Shown here in pieces: positions 19,025 to 28,197 of a stretch of 64,000 bases of DNA; the stretch's first letter is position 1, and every line of letters starts with the position of its first letter. The DNA is from Candidatus Hermodarchaeota archaeon (GTDB lineage: Archaea; Asgardarchaeota; Hermodarchaeia; Hermodarchaeales; Hermodarchaeaceae). The position numbers and the translations under genes are program-made. Location of the stretch: NCBI GenBank assembly GCA_016839365.1, contig JAEOUH010000044.1, positions 1-64,000 of the forward strand, given 5' to 3'. The notes under the pieces were generated by a model. The model made no database searches, had not been told where the DNA came from, and worked only from the letters and a program-made list of their open reading frames with translations.

Positions 19025-22000
19025 TTAGGTTTTGCTTGCTCCTTCAATCATTAGTAGACCTTCTTCAAATTGAACTGAAAAGACCTGTGATACACCGTCT
19101 ACTAATGCAACTCCCAATAGAGTCTGCGCTCTGCGGACTGTAATTTCGTTGTGAGAGATAATGAGAAACTGTGAGTTTTCCGAAAGATTAGATATTAGCT
19201 GGGCAACCCTAGCGGTGTTATTGGGATCTAAAGCCTCATCGATTTCATCGAGGAAGTAGAAGGGAGCAGGCTGATGGAGTTGTAGTGCGAACATGAATGT
19301 CAAAGCGGTGAGCGCTTTTTCGCCACCAGAAAGCGCATCGAGGTATTGGACGCGTTTTCCTGCAGGTCTGACCTTCATTCGAATGCCTCCTAAAAAGGGA
19401 TTTTCTGGATTCTCTAATTCCAGCTGACCAGCCCCTTGTGTAAGTTGGTGATAGACATCCGAAAAATTATGAGAGATACTCGAAAAGGCCGCCATAAATA
19501 CACGGAATTTCTCTTCCTCGGCTTTTCGCATTGCATCAAGAATGGCTTCACGTTCCTCTCGAATTTTACCTTCCTTTTCTAATATTTCATCATAAGCGTG
19601 GCGAATTTCTTCAAAGCGTTGCACGGCTTTTTGGTTGATGAGACCCATTTGCTCTCGTTCCTGTTGGAGGGTTGTGATTTGCCGACGCAAGTTGAGAACT
19701 TGTTCTGGGTTTAAGGGGAGCAAGGGCGGCTCTAGCCCAACGGTCTTCTCCTTTTGAGCATCATAGCGCTCTTGCCAATGTTCAATCCGCCCTTCGACCT
19801 TAGAACGCTCCATTTTTTCTTCATTGACCTTATCAAGCAATTCATCGATTGTAATCATTAGTTGTTGATTTTCATTCTCATGAGCTGCCACTTGTGTTTC
19901 GAGCTCGTGTATTTGTTCATTGAGGTTTGCTTCATCTGTTTCTAATTGGGTAAGCTGTGCCTGATTTTGTTCGATTTGAGTCGTATTTTCCGCTAGTTGC
20001 TCTTTTTTCTGTTTTAACTCGGCTTTCGCGTTCTTATGGTCCTCTGAAAGTCGTTTGACTTCTCCTTTGGCATGTCTAGCTTCGCTAGCTTTCTCGATTA
20101 GTTGAAGCTGCGCGTATTGAAGTTCTGATTCCAGTTCATCTAGCTGGGTTCGAAGAGCCGTGAGATTGGGATCCAAGCTACTTCTTTCAAGGATTGAAAG
20201 GTTTTGTTGAAGTTCTTCGCGTTTTTTAATCATCCCGTCGATTTCTAATTGGCCTGATCGGAATTTTTCTTCTAAGGAATTCTGCGTGTCTTCTTCATCT
20301 TTCAGACTTTCGCGCAGTTTCGCAAGACTTTCTTTGAAATCAATGAGGGCCTCGTCTTGGGAGTCTCTAATTTCGCTGGCTTTTTCGTACTTGAGTTGTA
20401 ACTCATCAAACCGTTTTTGATTTTCTTTAAGTTGGTTATCCAAATGACTGATTTTGTCTGTCCATTGCTGGTATTCGCCTTCAACTTTAACTTGGAGCGT
20501 GCGCAGTTCTTTGAGTTTTTTCTGTAGTTCTGGAATTCTTGCCTCCTCTTCTAGAGTTAATGAGGAGATGCCTTTGTAATAGCCACCCGTCAAGGTTCGG
20601 TTAGGTTCGACGATGTCACCATCAATAGTGATTTTTCGTACGCCCTCAGCCTTGATGTTGCGAGCAATCTTCAAGTCTTTCACAATAAGGGTTCGACCAA
20701 AGACAAACTCAAACGCAGGACGATACTGCTCTTCAAAGGACAGCAAATCAATCGCGTTCCCCACGACCCCCTTTTCTCCGCTTTTATGAGTGTAGGGGTT
20801 GGATTTAATCGTATCAAGGGGAATGAAAGTTGCCTGACCGAGACGGCTCTTCTTCAGGTGTTCAATACATTTTGTGGCTGTTTCTTCACTATCAACGACA
20901 ATGAAATCGAGCCGTCCACCACCTGCAACTTCAAGAGCGGTTGCATGTTTTGAGGAGGTTTTTCCTAGACTGCCTAGAGTTCCATACACTCCAGGGATTT
21001 TATTTTCCTTTGCATGTTTCAGAACTGCATCTGTTGCGCTTTTTCGTGTAAGACCATACTTCTTGAATTCACGTATAGTCTTTAACCGAGTTTGTGCTTC
21101 GAGGAGTTCTTCTTTAGAATCTTGAATTAATTGGTTCAGTTCATCGTTCTTATTCTGTTTTTCTTGCAGCGAATTATAATACTCATCTTTTTGTTGCTGG
21201 AGGCTCGTTAGCTCCAATTTAAGGGATTGAATTTGTTTTTCGAGCTTCTCTATCTCGGACTTTGCTTCGTCTAATGCGAATTCTTGTTCAGGAAGAAGAG
21301 CGTACCCATCTTCGATTTGTTTTTTGAGATTCGCAATCGTTCTTTCTGTGACTCGGCTTAATGCAGAGGTTTCGCCAAGTTCGCTCTTCTTGGTTTCGAT
21401 CATCTCTGTTAGCTTGAGGATTTCTTCCCTGATTGACATGTACTCAGCGTCAGGAGAAGTGGTTTGCTTGGAAAGTTCTGAGAGACGTTTGCGAATAGGA
21501 GAAATGCGTTCTTGGTAGGAGGCTTCTTGTGATTTGAGAATAGAAATTTCTTCCTCCATTTGAGAGGAACGATTTAGTTCGTCAATTTTCTGTGACTCGA
21601 GATGTTCCACGCTTGCGGATAGTAGTTCAATGTCTTGAGAAACCTGTCCTGAGACAAGTTGTAATCCTTTCAGTATTTCTCGAATGCGGGTCTGTTCGAT
21701 TTCCTTGCGGCGTAACTGCTGGTCAATTTGTTTTATTTTGCCTTGGTCAGTTTGCACCGTTTGTTCTAATTCGAGTTTTCGGTCCTTCGCTTCCTGACGC
21801 TGATTTTCAAGTTCCTTGACGTGCGAAGAGTATAGTTCGAACTCCGCGTTCATTTTGTTCAACCGTTCTTCAACGCGTGCGAGTTCAGCAAAAACTAGAT
21901 CTCTTTCACACTGTGCTAGCTGCTCGGTGATATCGCGCCAGCGAAGAGCGTCTTTCCTGTCCTTTTCCAAACGGGTGTATTCTTGACGAATTTCCTCGGT

Positions 22001-22588
22001 ACGCATCTGGACCATGTGAAGGTTTTGATCAACTTTTGTTAATTCGCTTTCAATCTGCTGTTTTTTCTCATCAAAAACTGAAATCCCAGCTACTCCCTCA
22101 ACAATTTGACGTATCTCTGTTGGCGTCATGGTAATGACATTAGCCAATTCATTTTGCATCACGATATTATGGCCTTCCGGATGGAGCCCGGCGACAGCTA
22201 TCGTATCTAACATTTCAGTACGCGTAACACGTTTACCGCCTATGCGATAAGCGCTAATACCGGTTTCATCCACCTCGCGGCTAATTGTGATTTCGTCGCT
22301 GTCAATTGGAAACTGTCGGTCAGTGTTATTAAAAACCAAACTCACTCGACTCGTCTTTGCAGGTGTGTTATCGGTGCCTCCGTTGAATAGCAATGAGGCA
22401 AAATTCTCCGCGCGAAGTGATTTGCTGCTTAACCGTCCAAGAACGAAGCATACAGCATCCAAAATGTTGCTTTTACCACACCCATTTTCACCGACTATGG
22501 CGGTGAATCCCTTATTGAGATCAATTGTGGTTTTCCGCGAACTGAAGCTTTTGAACCCATGAATTGCAATGTGTTGTAAGTAAGCCAC
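19025..22588 (-). CDS. smc: Chromosome segregation ATPase SMC
   Basis: GFKSF, GENGCGKSN, coiled coils, hinge, LSGGEK, DEIDEALD, ISH. Confidence 0.97.
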   Translation of the reverse strand: MAYLQHIAIHGFKSFSSRKTTIDLNKGFTAIVGENGCGKSNILDAVCFVLGRLSSKSLRAENFASLLFNGGTDNTPAKTSRVSLVFNNTDRQFPIDSDEITISREVDETGISAYRIGGKRVTRTEMLDTIAVAGLHPEGHNIVMQNELANVITMTPTEIRQIVEGVAGISVFDEKKQQIESELTKVDQNLHMVQMRTEEIRQEYTRLEKDRKDALRWRDITEQLAQCERDLVFAELARVEERLNKMNAEFELYSSHVKELENQRQEAKDRKLELEQTVQTDQGKIKQIDQQLRRKEIEQTRIREILKGLQLVSGQVSQDIELLSASVEHLESQKIDELNRSSQMEEEISILKSQEASYQERISPIRKRLSELSKQTTSPDAEYMSIREEILKLTEMIETKKSELGETSALSRVTERTIANLKKQIEDGYALLPEQEFALDEAKSEIEKLEKQIQSLKLELTSLQQQKDEYYNSLQEKQNKNDELNQLIQDSKEELLEAQTRLKTIREFKKYGLTRKSATDAVLKHAKENKIPGVYGTLGSLGKTSSKHATALEVAGGGRLDFIVVDSEETATKCIEHLKKSRLGQATFIPLDTIKSNPYTHKSGEKGVVGNAIDLLSFEEQYRPAFEFVFGRTLIVKDLKIARNIKAEGVRKITIDGDIVEPNRTLTGGYYKGISSLTLEEEARIPELQKKLKELRTLQVKVEGEYQQWTDKISHLDNQLKENQKRFDELQLKYEKASEIRDSQDEALIDFKESLAKLRESLKDEEDTQNSLEEKFRSGQLEIDGMIKKREELQQNLSILERSSLDPNLTALRTQLDELESELQYAQLQLIEKASEARHAKGEVKRLSEDHKNAKAELKQKKEQLAENTTQIEQNQAQLTQLETDEANLNEQIHELETQVAAHENENQQLMITIDELLDKVNEEKMERSKVEGRIEHWQERYDAQKEKTVGLEPPLLPLNPEQVLNLRRQITTLQQEREQMGLINQKAVQRFEEIRHAYDEILEKEGKIREEREAILDAMRKAEEEKFRVFMAAFSSISHNFSDVYHQLTQGAGQLELENPENPFLGGIRMKVRPAGKRVQYLDALSGGEKALTALTFMFALQLHQPAPFYFLDEIDEALDPNNTARVAQLISNLSENSQFLIISHNEITVRRAQTLLGVALVDGVSQVFSVQFEEGLLMIEGASKT

Positions 22589-22718
22589 AAGAAAACGCCT
22601 ACACTCTTCCTTTTATATTTTGGTCAGACATGCCAGAGAATGAAAACACCGGTACAAAAAGGTCTCGAATTAGCCTTTTTGCAGCTACAAAAAAAGGGGC
22701 ATATTATTGAAAATGGGG

Positions 22719-23087
22719 TCATGGAGTCTTCCCGATTTTGTCAACAGCAGAACGGAGACTTCTAATAATAAGCCCCAGACTTGGAGCCGCATCCTTACCG
22801 GCGATGGCAACAACCATTGTCTTTGAGGCAGTTACGGCCACGGTATAACCCTTATCTGTTTCCAGATACATCGATTGCACGGGGCCTTGGTCGACAGCTT
22901 TGCTTACAGTTTTTGTTTCCTTCAACAGAGCAGCAATACTTGAAGTAATCGCATTATGGTCCATTTCGCGCAGAGTTTGTCCTGCAACAACTTTCCCTGT
23001 CGGAGCGGCAGCGATTAGTCCCTCAAGTTCAGGGATAGTGTCCATGATTTCTGCAAGAATCTGTTCAACTTCTTTCTTTCCGAGCAT
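22719..23087 (-). CDS. Roadblock/LC7 domain protein
   Basis: About 120 aa with roadblock alpha-beta2-alpha-beta3-alpha pattern and SLGLI motif. Confidence 0.8.
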   Translation of the reverse strand: MLGKKEVEQILAEIMDTIPELEGLIAAAPTGKVVAGQTLREMDHNAITSSIAALLKETKTVSKAVDQGPVQSMYLETDKGYTVAVTASKTMVVAIAGKDAAPSLGLIIRSLRSAVDKIGKTP

Positions 23088-23287
23088 GAAAGCCACACCC
23101 ATCGCCAGTGGAACTTGGCAATTGTGGTTGCGATAAAAAGGATTTAGTGTCCTTGTTTAAAAACTGTCCGTCAGAAAGGTATAGGCGACAGATTTTTTCA
23201 AAACTTCGATATTAACTCCGAACAAGAGGGAACTTTTATAACTTCAATAAGAGACCACTAGTCAGTGGCTAGAGAGTGTGGAGTACA

Positions 23288-23575
23288 ATGATTGGCGGAA
23301 AAGCGTTAAAAGACTCGCTCAAGCGTCTCGGAGCCCACGAGGGTGTTCGTGGCGTCATAATCACTAACATGGAAGGCCTTCCAATCAGCTCCAATCTAAA
23401 CGCAGAAAAAACTGAGGTCATTGCAGCGCTTGTCACTTCACTGGTAGGTAAGGCTAAACGTGTTGTCGATGAACTTGGAGAAGGCGGCATGAACTTTCTT
23501 ACCATCTCAACACCAGCAGGTGAGGTCATGGTCGCCCCCGAAGAGGACTATATTCTCATCGTCATGCGAGGTTGA
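23288..23575 (+). CDS. Roadblock protein, dynein light chain (DYNLRB/LC7)-like
   Basis: [25 protein letters not shown] and [14 protein letters not shown]; lacks the last helix, as DYNLRB does. Confidence 0.85.
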   Translation: MIGGKALKDSLKRLGAHEGVRGVIITNMEGLPISSNLNAEKTEVIAALVTSLVGKAKRVVDELGEGGMNFLTISTPAGEVMVAPEEDYILIVMRG

Positions 23576-23655
23576 GAATCCCAGATACCCCACACAAGAA
23601 TTAAAAGTCATCTCTCGAAGATAAGCTCGGCTAGCCTCATGGAAAGGGATGAACC

Positions 23656-24126
23656 GTGTCCATAACCGTACGGCAATTTGATGAGATCCTCTCCGATGTC
23701 ATCAAATCCGAACCAGGAATCAAGAAGACCATTCTCGTAGACAGAACAGGACTAACCATTGCTCATGTCTCGAAATTCTCATATTATCCAGTGGACGTTG
23801 ATGGTATTGGCGCCATTGCTAGCGCTGTGTTTTGTGCAAGCGAGGAACAAGGAAAGAGCCTTGACGTGGGCGATTTGACTATTGTTACATCGGAATTTGG
23901 TGATGGCAAGATCTTTGCTGCTGGTGCTGGCAAAGGTGTATTATGCGTGATTACAGATAAAGAAGTAAACATTGGCATGATACGCTTAACAATGATGAAG
24001 GCGGCTGCTGAGCTCGCGAAAGTTTTAGATGAGTTCATGGCCGAAAAGCCTGCCGTCGCAGCCGGTAAAACTGATGCGGAGCGGGAAGAGCTTAAGGCCG
24101 CATTGGGAGAACTCGAGAAGGGTTAG
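23656..24126 (+). CDS. Roadblock/LC7 protein, MglB-like, with C-terminal helix
   Basis: LVDRTGLTIA, GAIASAVF, VNIGMIRL; directly upstream of the GTPase. Confidence 0.85.
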   Translation: MSITVRQFDEILSDVIKSEPGIKKTILVDRTGLTIAHVSKFSYYPVDVDGIGAIASAVFCASEEQGKSLDVGDLTIVTSEFGDGKIFAAGAGKGVLCVITDKEVNIGMIRLTMMKAAAELAKVLDEFMAEKPAVAAGKTDAEREELKAALGELEKG

Positions 24127-24172
24127 TGGGGACGGGATATCGCAACGCGAATAAGGAAGGAGCCGTCCTACT

Positions 24173-24760
24173 TTGAAGAAAGACACACAGGGAAGAATAC
24201 ATTTCAAAATCGTCTTCTGGGGCCCCTCATTATCAGGAAAAACAACAGCACTCCGTTGGATTTATGATAATGTTGAGGGATTGAGTAAAGGAGGGTTCAC
24301 ATCGGTCGCCGATCATACCGGCCGAACACTCTTTTTTGATTATACGCCAATGCAAGCTACCGCACAGGTAGTATTTGATGTTTACACCGTTGCTGGCCAA
24401 CGTCGACATCGAGGTCAACGAAAGGTCATCTTGAGTGGTGTTGATGGCATTATTTATGTTGCAGACTCGTCACCCGATCAAATGGAAGCCAATATTGAAA
24501 GTATGTCTGAGCTTCGTTCTTTTGTGGGTGAAGAACTCGGTCATTCCATTAGCCTTGTTGTAATGTTAAATAAACAGGACCTGCCAAATGCTATGGAAAA
24601 AAATGTCATGCTTGCAAAGCTGGGGCTAGGCAATGCGCCAAATTTTACGACCTGTGCACTAACAGGTGAAAATGTTAAACGCGCGTTTAGACAGATAACT
24701 CGCGATATCTTGATGTACCATTTGTACCCTAAGACTCCTGCAACAGCTTCAGCGAGTTAG
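24173..24760 (+). CDS. MglA-type small GTPase
   Basis: KIVFWGPSLSGKTT, GRTLFFDY (Arg finger/G2), YTVAGQ (non-canonical G3), NKQDL, TCALTG. Confidence 0.9.
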   Translation: MKKDTQGRIHFKIVFWGPSLSGKTTALRWIYDNVEGLSKGGFTSVADHTGRTLFFDYTPMQATAQVVFDVYTVAGQRRHRGQRKVILSGVDGIIYVADSSPDQMEANIESMSELRSFVGEELGHSISLVVMLNKQDLPNAMEKNVMLAKLGLGNAPNFTTCALTGENVKRAFRQITRDILMYHLYPKTPATASAS

Positions 24761-24770
24761 ATTAAAATTG

Positions 24771-25151
24771 ATGATACCCAGTTCTCCTGAAATTGAAAAG
24801 ATATTGGAGAGCCTTACTGAGTCAGTTGAAGAGATTGAAGCGGCAGTCGTTGTGGGTGTTGATGGGCTACCCATTGCTGCAAAGCTTCCAGAAGAATATG
24901 ATGAAACATTACTCGCCGCAATGAGTGCCGCCTTGCTTACCGTAGGAGAACGCGCGGCTTCGGATTTAGGTAAAGGCGCATTAAGCCAAGTTTTCGCTCA
25001 GGGAAGTACCGGAGCAGTAATCATGGTTGCAGCTGGACCGGATTCGGTTTTAATGGTGAGCACAAACACAGAAACCCTTGCTGGGCTTGGACTAGTTTTT
25101 ATTAATATGGAACGCGCAGCAAAGAAAATTGCTAAGAAGTTGAACCGATAA
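24771..25151 (+). CDS. Roadblock/LC7 domain protein
   Basis: VVGVDGLPIA, LAAMSAALLTVGERA..LGKGAL, LGLVF. Confidence 0.9.
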   Translation: MIPSSPEIEKILESLTESVEEIEAAVVVGVDGLPIAAKLPEEYDETLLAAMSAALLTVGERAASDLGKGALSQVFAQGSTGAVIMVAAGPDSVLMVSTNTETLAGLGLVFINMERAAKKIAKKLNR

Positions 25152-25214
25152 TAACCTAGGAAGTTCTTAAAAAGAAAAGTTATATACCTCGAACTTTTCG
25201 CTCTATTCGGAGAC

Positions 25215-25988
25215 TTGTTGGTGACCAATCTAATCGGACCTATCTATCACTTATATTCCTGGTATCTTTGGCACCAAATTAAGGACAAGCCAATGCCAAT
25301 GCATGTAGGTATAATTTTAGACGGGAACCGCCGGTACGCAAAAGAACAAAGCCAAGATAGTAGCTTTGGGCACACAGTAGGGGCACACCGTATTGATGAA
25401 GTGCTCGACTGGTGTTTTGAAGCAGGAGTTAAGGTCGTTACTATTTACGTCTTTTCTACAGAAAATTTCTCACGCAAGGAAGAAGAAGTCAAACATATTA
25501 TGGAGCTAGCCCGTCAAAGATTTGAAACTGTAGCTCAATCAGAAGTTGTCCACCGCCATAAAGTACGAGTTCGCGCGATTGGGCAGCTTACTCTACTTCC
25601 CCCCTCAGTTCTCACAGCGATTAAAGAAGCAGAGGATATCACAGAAGGATATGATAATTTCCAATTGAATGTGGCAATAGGCTATGGTGGTCGAACAGAG
25701 ATAGTTGATGCTGTGAGAAGTATTGCAGTGAAGGTCAGCAAAGGCGCACTGGAGCCCTCTGAGATTTCAGATGAAACCATAGAAAAACACCTCTACACTG
25801 CAGGGATTGCAGATCCTGAGTTGATTATTCGAACATCGGGAGAGGAAAGATTGTCAGGATTTCTATTATGGCAATCAGCATATTCGGAGCTTTATTTCGC
25901 TGATGTTTACTGGCCAGAAATTCGGAAGATTGATTTTTGGCGAGCGTTACGTACGTACCAGCGAAGAGATCGGCGATTTGGTAACTAG
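25215..25988 (+). CDS. uppS: cis-prenyltransferase UppS
   Basis: HVGIILDGNRR, FSTENFSR, YGGRTEI, IRTSGEERLSGFLLWQ, RRFG. Confidence 0.97.
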   Translation: MLVTNLIGPIYHLYSWYLWHQIKDKPMPMHVGIILDGNRRYAKEQSQDSSFGHTVGAHRIDEVLDWCFEAGVKVVTIYVFSTENFSRKEEEVKHIMELARQRFETVAQSEVVHRHKVRVRAIGQLTLLPPSVLTAIKEAEDITEGYDNFQLNVAIGYGGRTEIVDAVRSIAVKVSKGALEPSEISDETIEKHLYTAGIADPELIIRTSGEERLSGFLLWQSAYSELYFADVYWPEIRKIDFWRALRTYQRRDRRFGN

Positions 25989-26000
25989 GAGAATTTAGAG

Positions 26001-26417
26001 ATGAAGGGTAAGAAGCCCGCAATGGCGCTATTGGTTGATAGTAGTATTTCATCCGGTCTTTTAGAGACACTATCTAAACTTCGACCAATCTTAGACGAAA
26101 TGGGTGATATAAAGATAGGTAAGGTGGTAGTTCGTCAACAGGAGGCTGTAGAATTTTCTAAGATTATTGCTCAAGAAGGCTTTATTCCTGTTATCATCCA
26201 CGATGACCTCGACATACATTTGGTTCTTGAAACCATGGAACTCATTTATAATGAAAAAATCGAAACGCTTGCCATAGCAACAGAAAATGTGAATCTCCTT
26301 TTATTGTTAAGCCGTGCAAGGGAGTTAGGAAAGGAAGTAATTTTGCTTTACACGTCGGATAAGGTAAACAGAGGTTTGCAGAACGCTGCAGATATTGTAC
26401 TTCCAATCACTCATTGA
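26001..26417 (+). CDS. NYN-domain protein (TIGR00288-like) with degenerate active site
   Basis: LLVD, GDIKIGKV, DLDIHL, MELIYN, ELGKEVI, LQNAAD. Confidence 0.8.
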   Translation: MKGKKPAMALLVDSSISSGLLETLSKLRPILDEMGDIKIGKVVVRQQEAVEFSKIIAQEGFIPVIIHDDLDIHLVLETMELIYNEKIETLAIATENVNLLLLLSRARELGKEVILLYTSDKVNRGLQNAADIVLPITH

Positions 26418-26423
26418 TATCCG

Positions 26424-27293
26424 TTAAAGTAATCCACGTTTCATAAGAAGCGTGAATTCTTCCATCGTGAGCCGTTCCCCACGTTTGTGTTTTTCGAGAG
26501 CCACAGCCGCCTTTTCCTCTAGTCGCTCTTCGAGTTCTTGGATTTTTTCCACTCGCCGTCGTATACGTATCTCGCCTAGCTCCTTCCTTAGCCGGTTGTT
26601 CTTTTGTTTGGACTCAATATATCGACGATGAGTCTCATCAGCTTCGCGCCGTGTTTCGAGATATTGTCGATGTGATTCATCAGCCTTTTTTCGAAGAGCA
26701 TCGACTTCGGCATATGCTTCAATCATGAGCTGGTTTTCTTCTTGAGATAATCGAGCAAACTCGAGAACTGAATTATGGTGCGCATTCATCAACAGTCGTA
26801 AATCATCGATTTCAGTTCGAGCTTTCGCACTCTCTTTACGCTGTTCTGCAGCTTCTTCAGCAGTCTTGAGTTCGGATTCTAGCTCTGCTATTTGATCAAT
26901 GATTTCGCGTTCACGCTTCAAATCTAACACTTGGGTTTGAAGAGACCAGTCGAGCTCACGGATTTTTCGGCGAAGGACATGAACCGGGGTTGCCGGTTTC
27001 CTTTTTTCTTCTTCAGGTTCATTTTCGTTGTCTTGTCGCTCATCGATCTTATCTTTAAGTGTGGCGTGAATTTCGTCCCGTTTTATTTTGAACTCGGCAA
27101 CCTTTTGATTATATTCGTCACGTTTTTCACGGTGGTCACGAGCCTTCTTCAGCCACTCGGCAACTTGTGCGTTGAGTTTGTCCCTTTCCTTGACTAACTG
27201 TTGAGCTGTAGTGTTTAGCTCATCACGCTTCTCACGCAAAGAAGCTGTAAGCCGATTAGTTTCAGCGAGTTGCAAGACCGTGTCCTCGGCCAC
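26424..27293 (-). CDS. Archaeal coiled-coil protein (COG1340-like)
   Basis: Repeated KRDELN/RDKLN heptads, LQTQVL..KRE, ADESH, GERLTMEE. Confidence 0.8.
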   Translation of the reverse strand: MAEDTVLQLAETNRLTASLREKRDELNTTAQQLVKERDKLNAQVAEWLKKARDHREKRDEYNQKVAEFKIKRDEIHATLKDKIDERQDNENEPEEEKRKPATPVHVLRRKIRELDWSLQTQVLDLKREREIIDQIAELESELKTAEEAAEQRKESAKARTEIDDLRLLMNAHHNSVLEFARLSQEENQLMIEAYAEVDALRKKADESHRQYLETRREADETHRRYIESKQKNNRLRKELGEIRIRRRVEKIQELEERLEEKAAVALEKHKRGERLTMEEFTLLMKRGLL

Positions 27294-27429
27294 GATACCA
27301 CCTTGTACAAGAAAACGTCTAACGTGATTTCCTGAGTGTGAGGGTGTATGGAAGAGGGATTTTTAAAACTAACGGAGCTTTACACTGACCGAAGGGCAGT
27401 CACAATACAAAACATCAAGACTATTGAGA

Positions 27430-28134
27430 TTAATTGGATTCTTCCAAAATTATCCGAGCATCTACACATTTCGCACCTTTAGAATAGGAAAAGACAGGAT
27501 TCAAATCGAGTTGATTAATAGATGGGTAATCTGTCACTAACTTCGAGACCTTAAGCAGAATATCCACTAACGCGCCTGTATCCCGTGGCTCTTGTCCTCT
27601 TACACCTGTCAAAATGGGGTAACCTTTGATTTCTTGAAGCATTTCCTGGGCATCATATTTTGTTATTGGGGCAACGCGGAAACTTACGTCCTTGAGTACT
27701 TCAACAAAGATGCCACCTAAACCAAACATTAACGCAGGACCAAATTGAGGGTCCTTTATAGCCCCTATAATAACCTCAACACCCGCTGGGGCGAACTCTT
27801 CCACAAATATTCCCCTTATTCGTGCTTTTTCCACATGCTTCTTAACATTTGATATGATAGATTGGTAACCTTCACGAACAGCATCTGCATCCTTGACATT
27901 AACGATTACGCCTCCGACATCGCTTTTGTGAATAACATCGGGACTTAATATCTTGAGAACAACGGGATAGCCTATTGTATCAGCTGCTTTCACGGCTTCG
28001 TCTTCGGTTTCAGCTATTTTGAATTGGGTTACGGGGAGCTTGTAGGTTTGAATAATGGTCTTTGATTCGTGTTCGAGCAAATATGTTCGATTTTCCGTTC
28101 GAGCACGTGCAATGATGTCATCAATTTTTGGCAT
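27430..28134 (-). CDS. acdB: Acetate--CoA ligase (ADP-forming) beta subunit
   Basis: GYPVVLKILSPDVIHKSDVGGV, DPQFGP, GLGGIFVE, LDLNP, VDARI. Confidence 0.92.
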   Translation of the reverse strand: MPKIDDIIARARTENRTYLLEHESKTIIQTYKLPVTQFKIAETEDEAVKAADTIGYPVVLKILSPDVIHKSDVGGVIVNVKDADAVREGYQSIISNVKKHVEKARIRGIFVEEFAPAGVEVIIGAIKDPQFGPALMFGLGGIFVEVLKDVSFRVAPITKYDAQEMLQEIKGYPILTGVRGQEPRDTGALVDILLKVSKLVTDYPSINQLDLNPVFSYSKGAKCVDARIILEESN

Positions 28135-28197
28135 CTAGTTCACCGGGTTTTTGATAAATCGAGATTTGTCAAATTAAAACCTTTTAGTAAAACAAGT

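Noticed and set aside
24124-24175. Roadblock-GTPase fusion by TAG readthrough
   Set aside because: The 46-nt spacer puts the GTPase out of frame.
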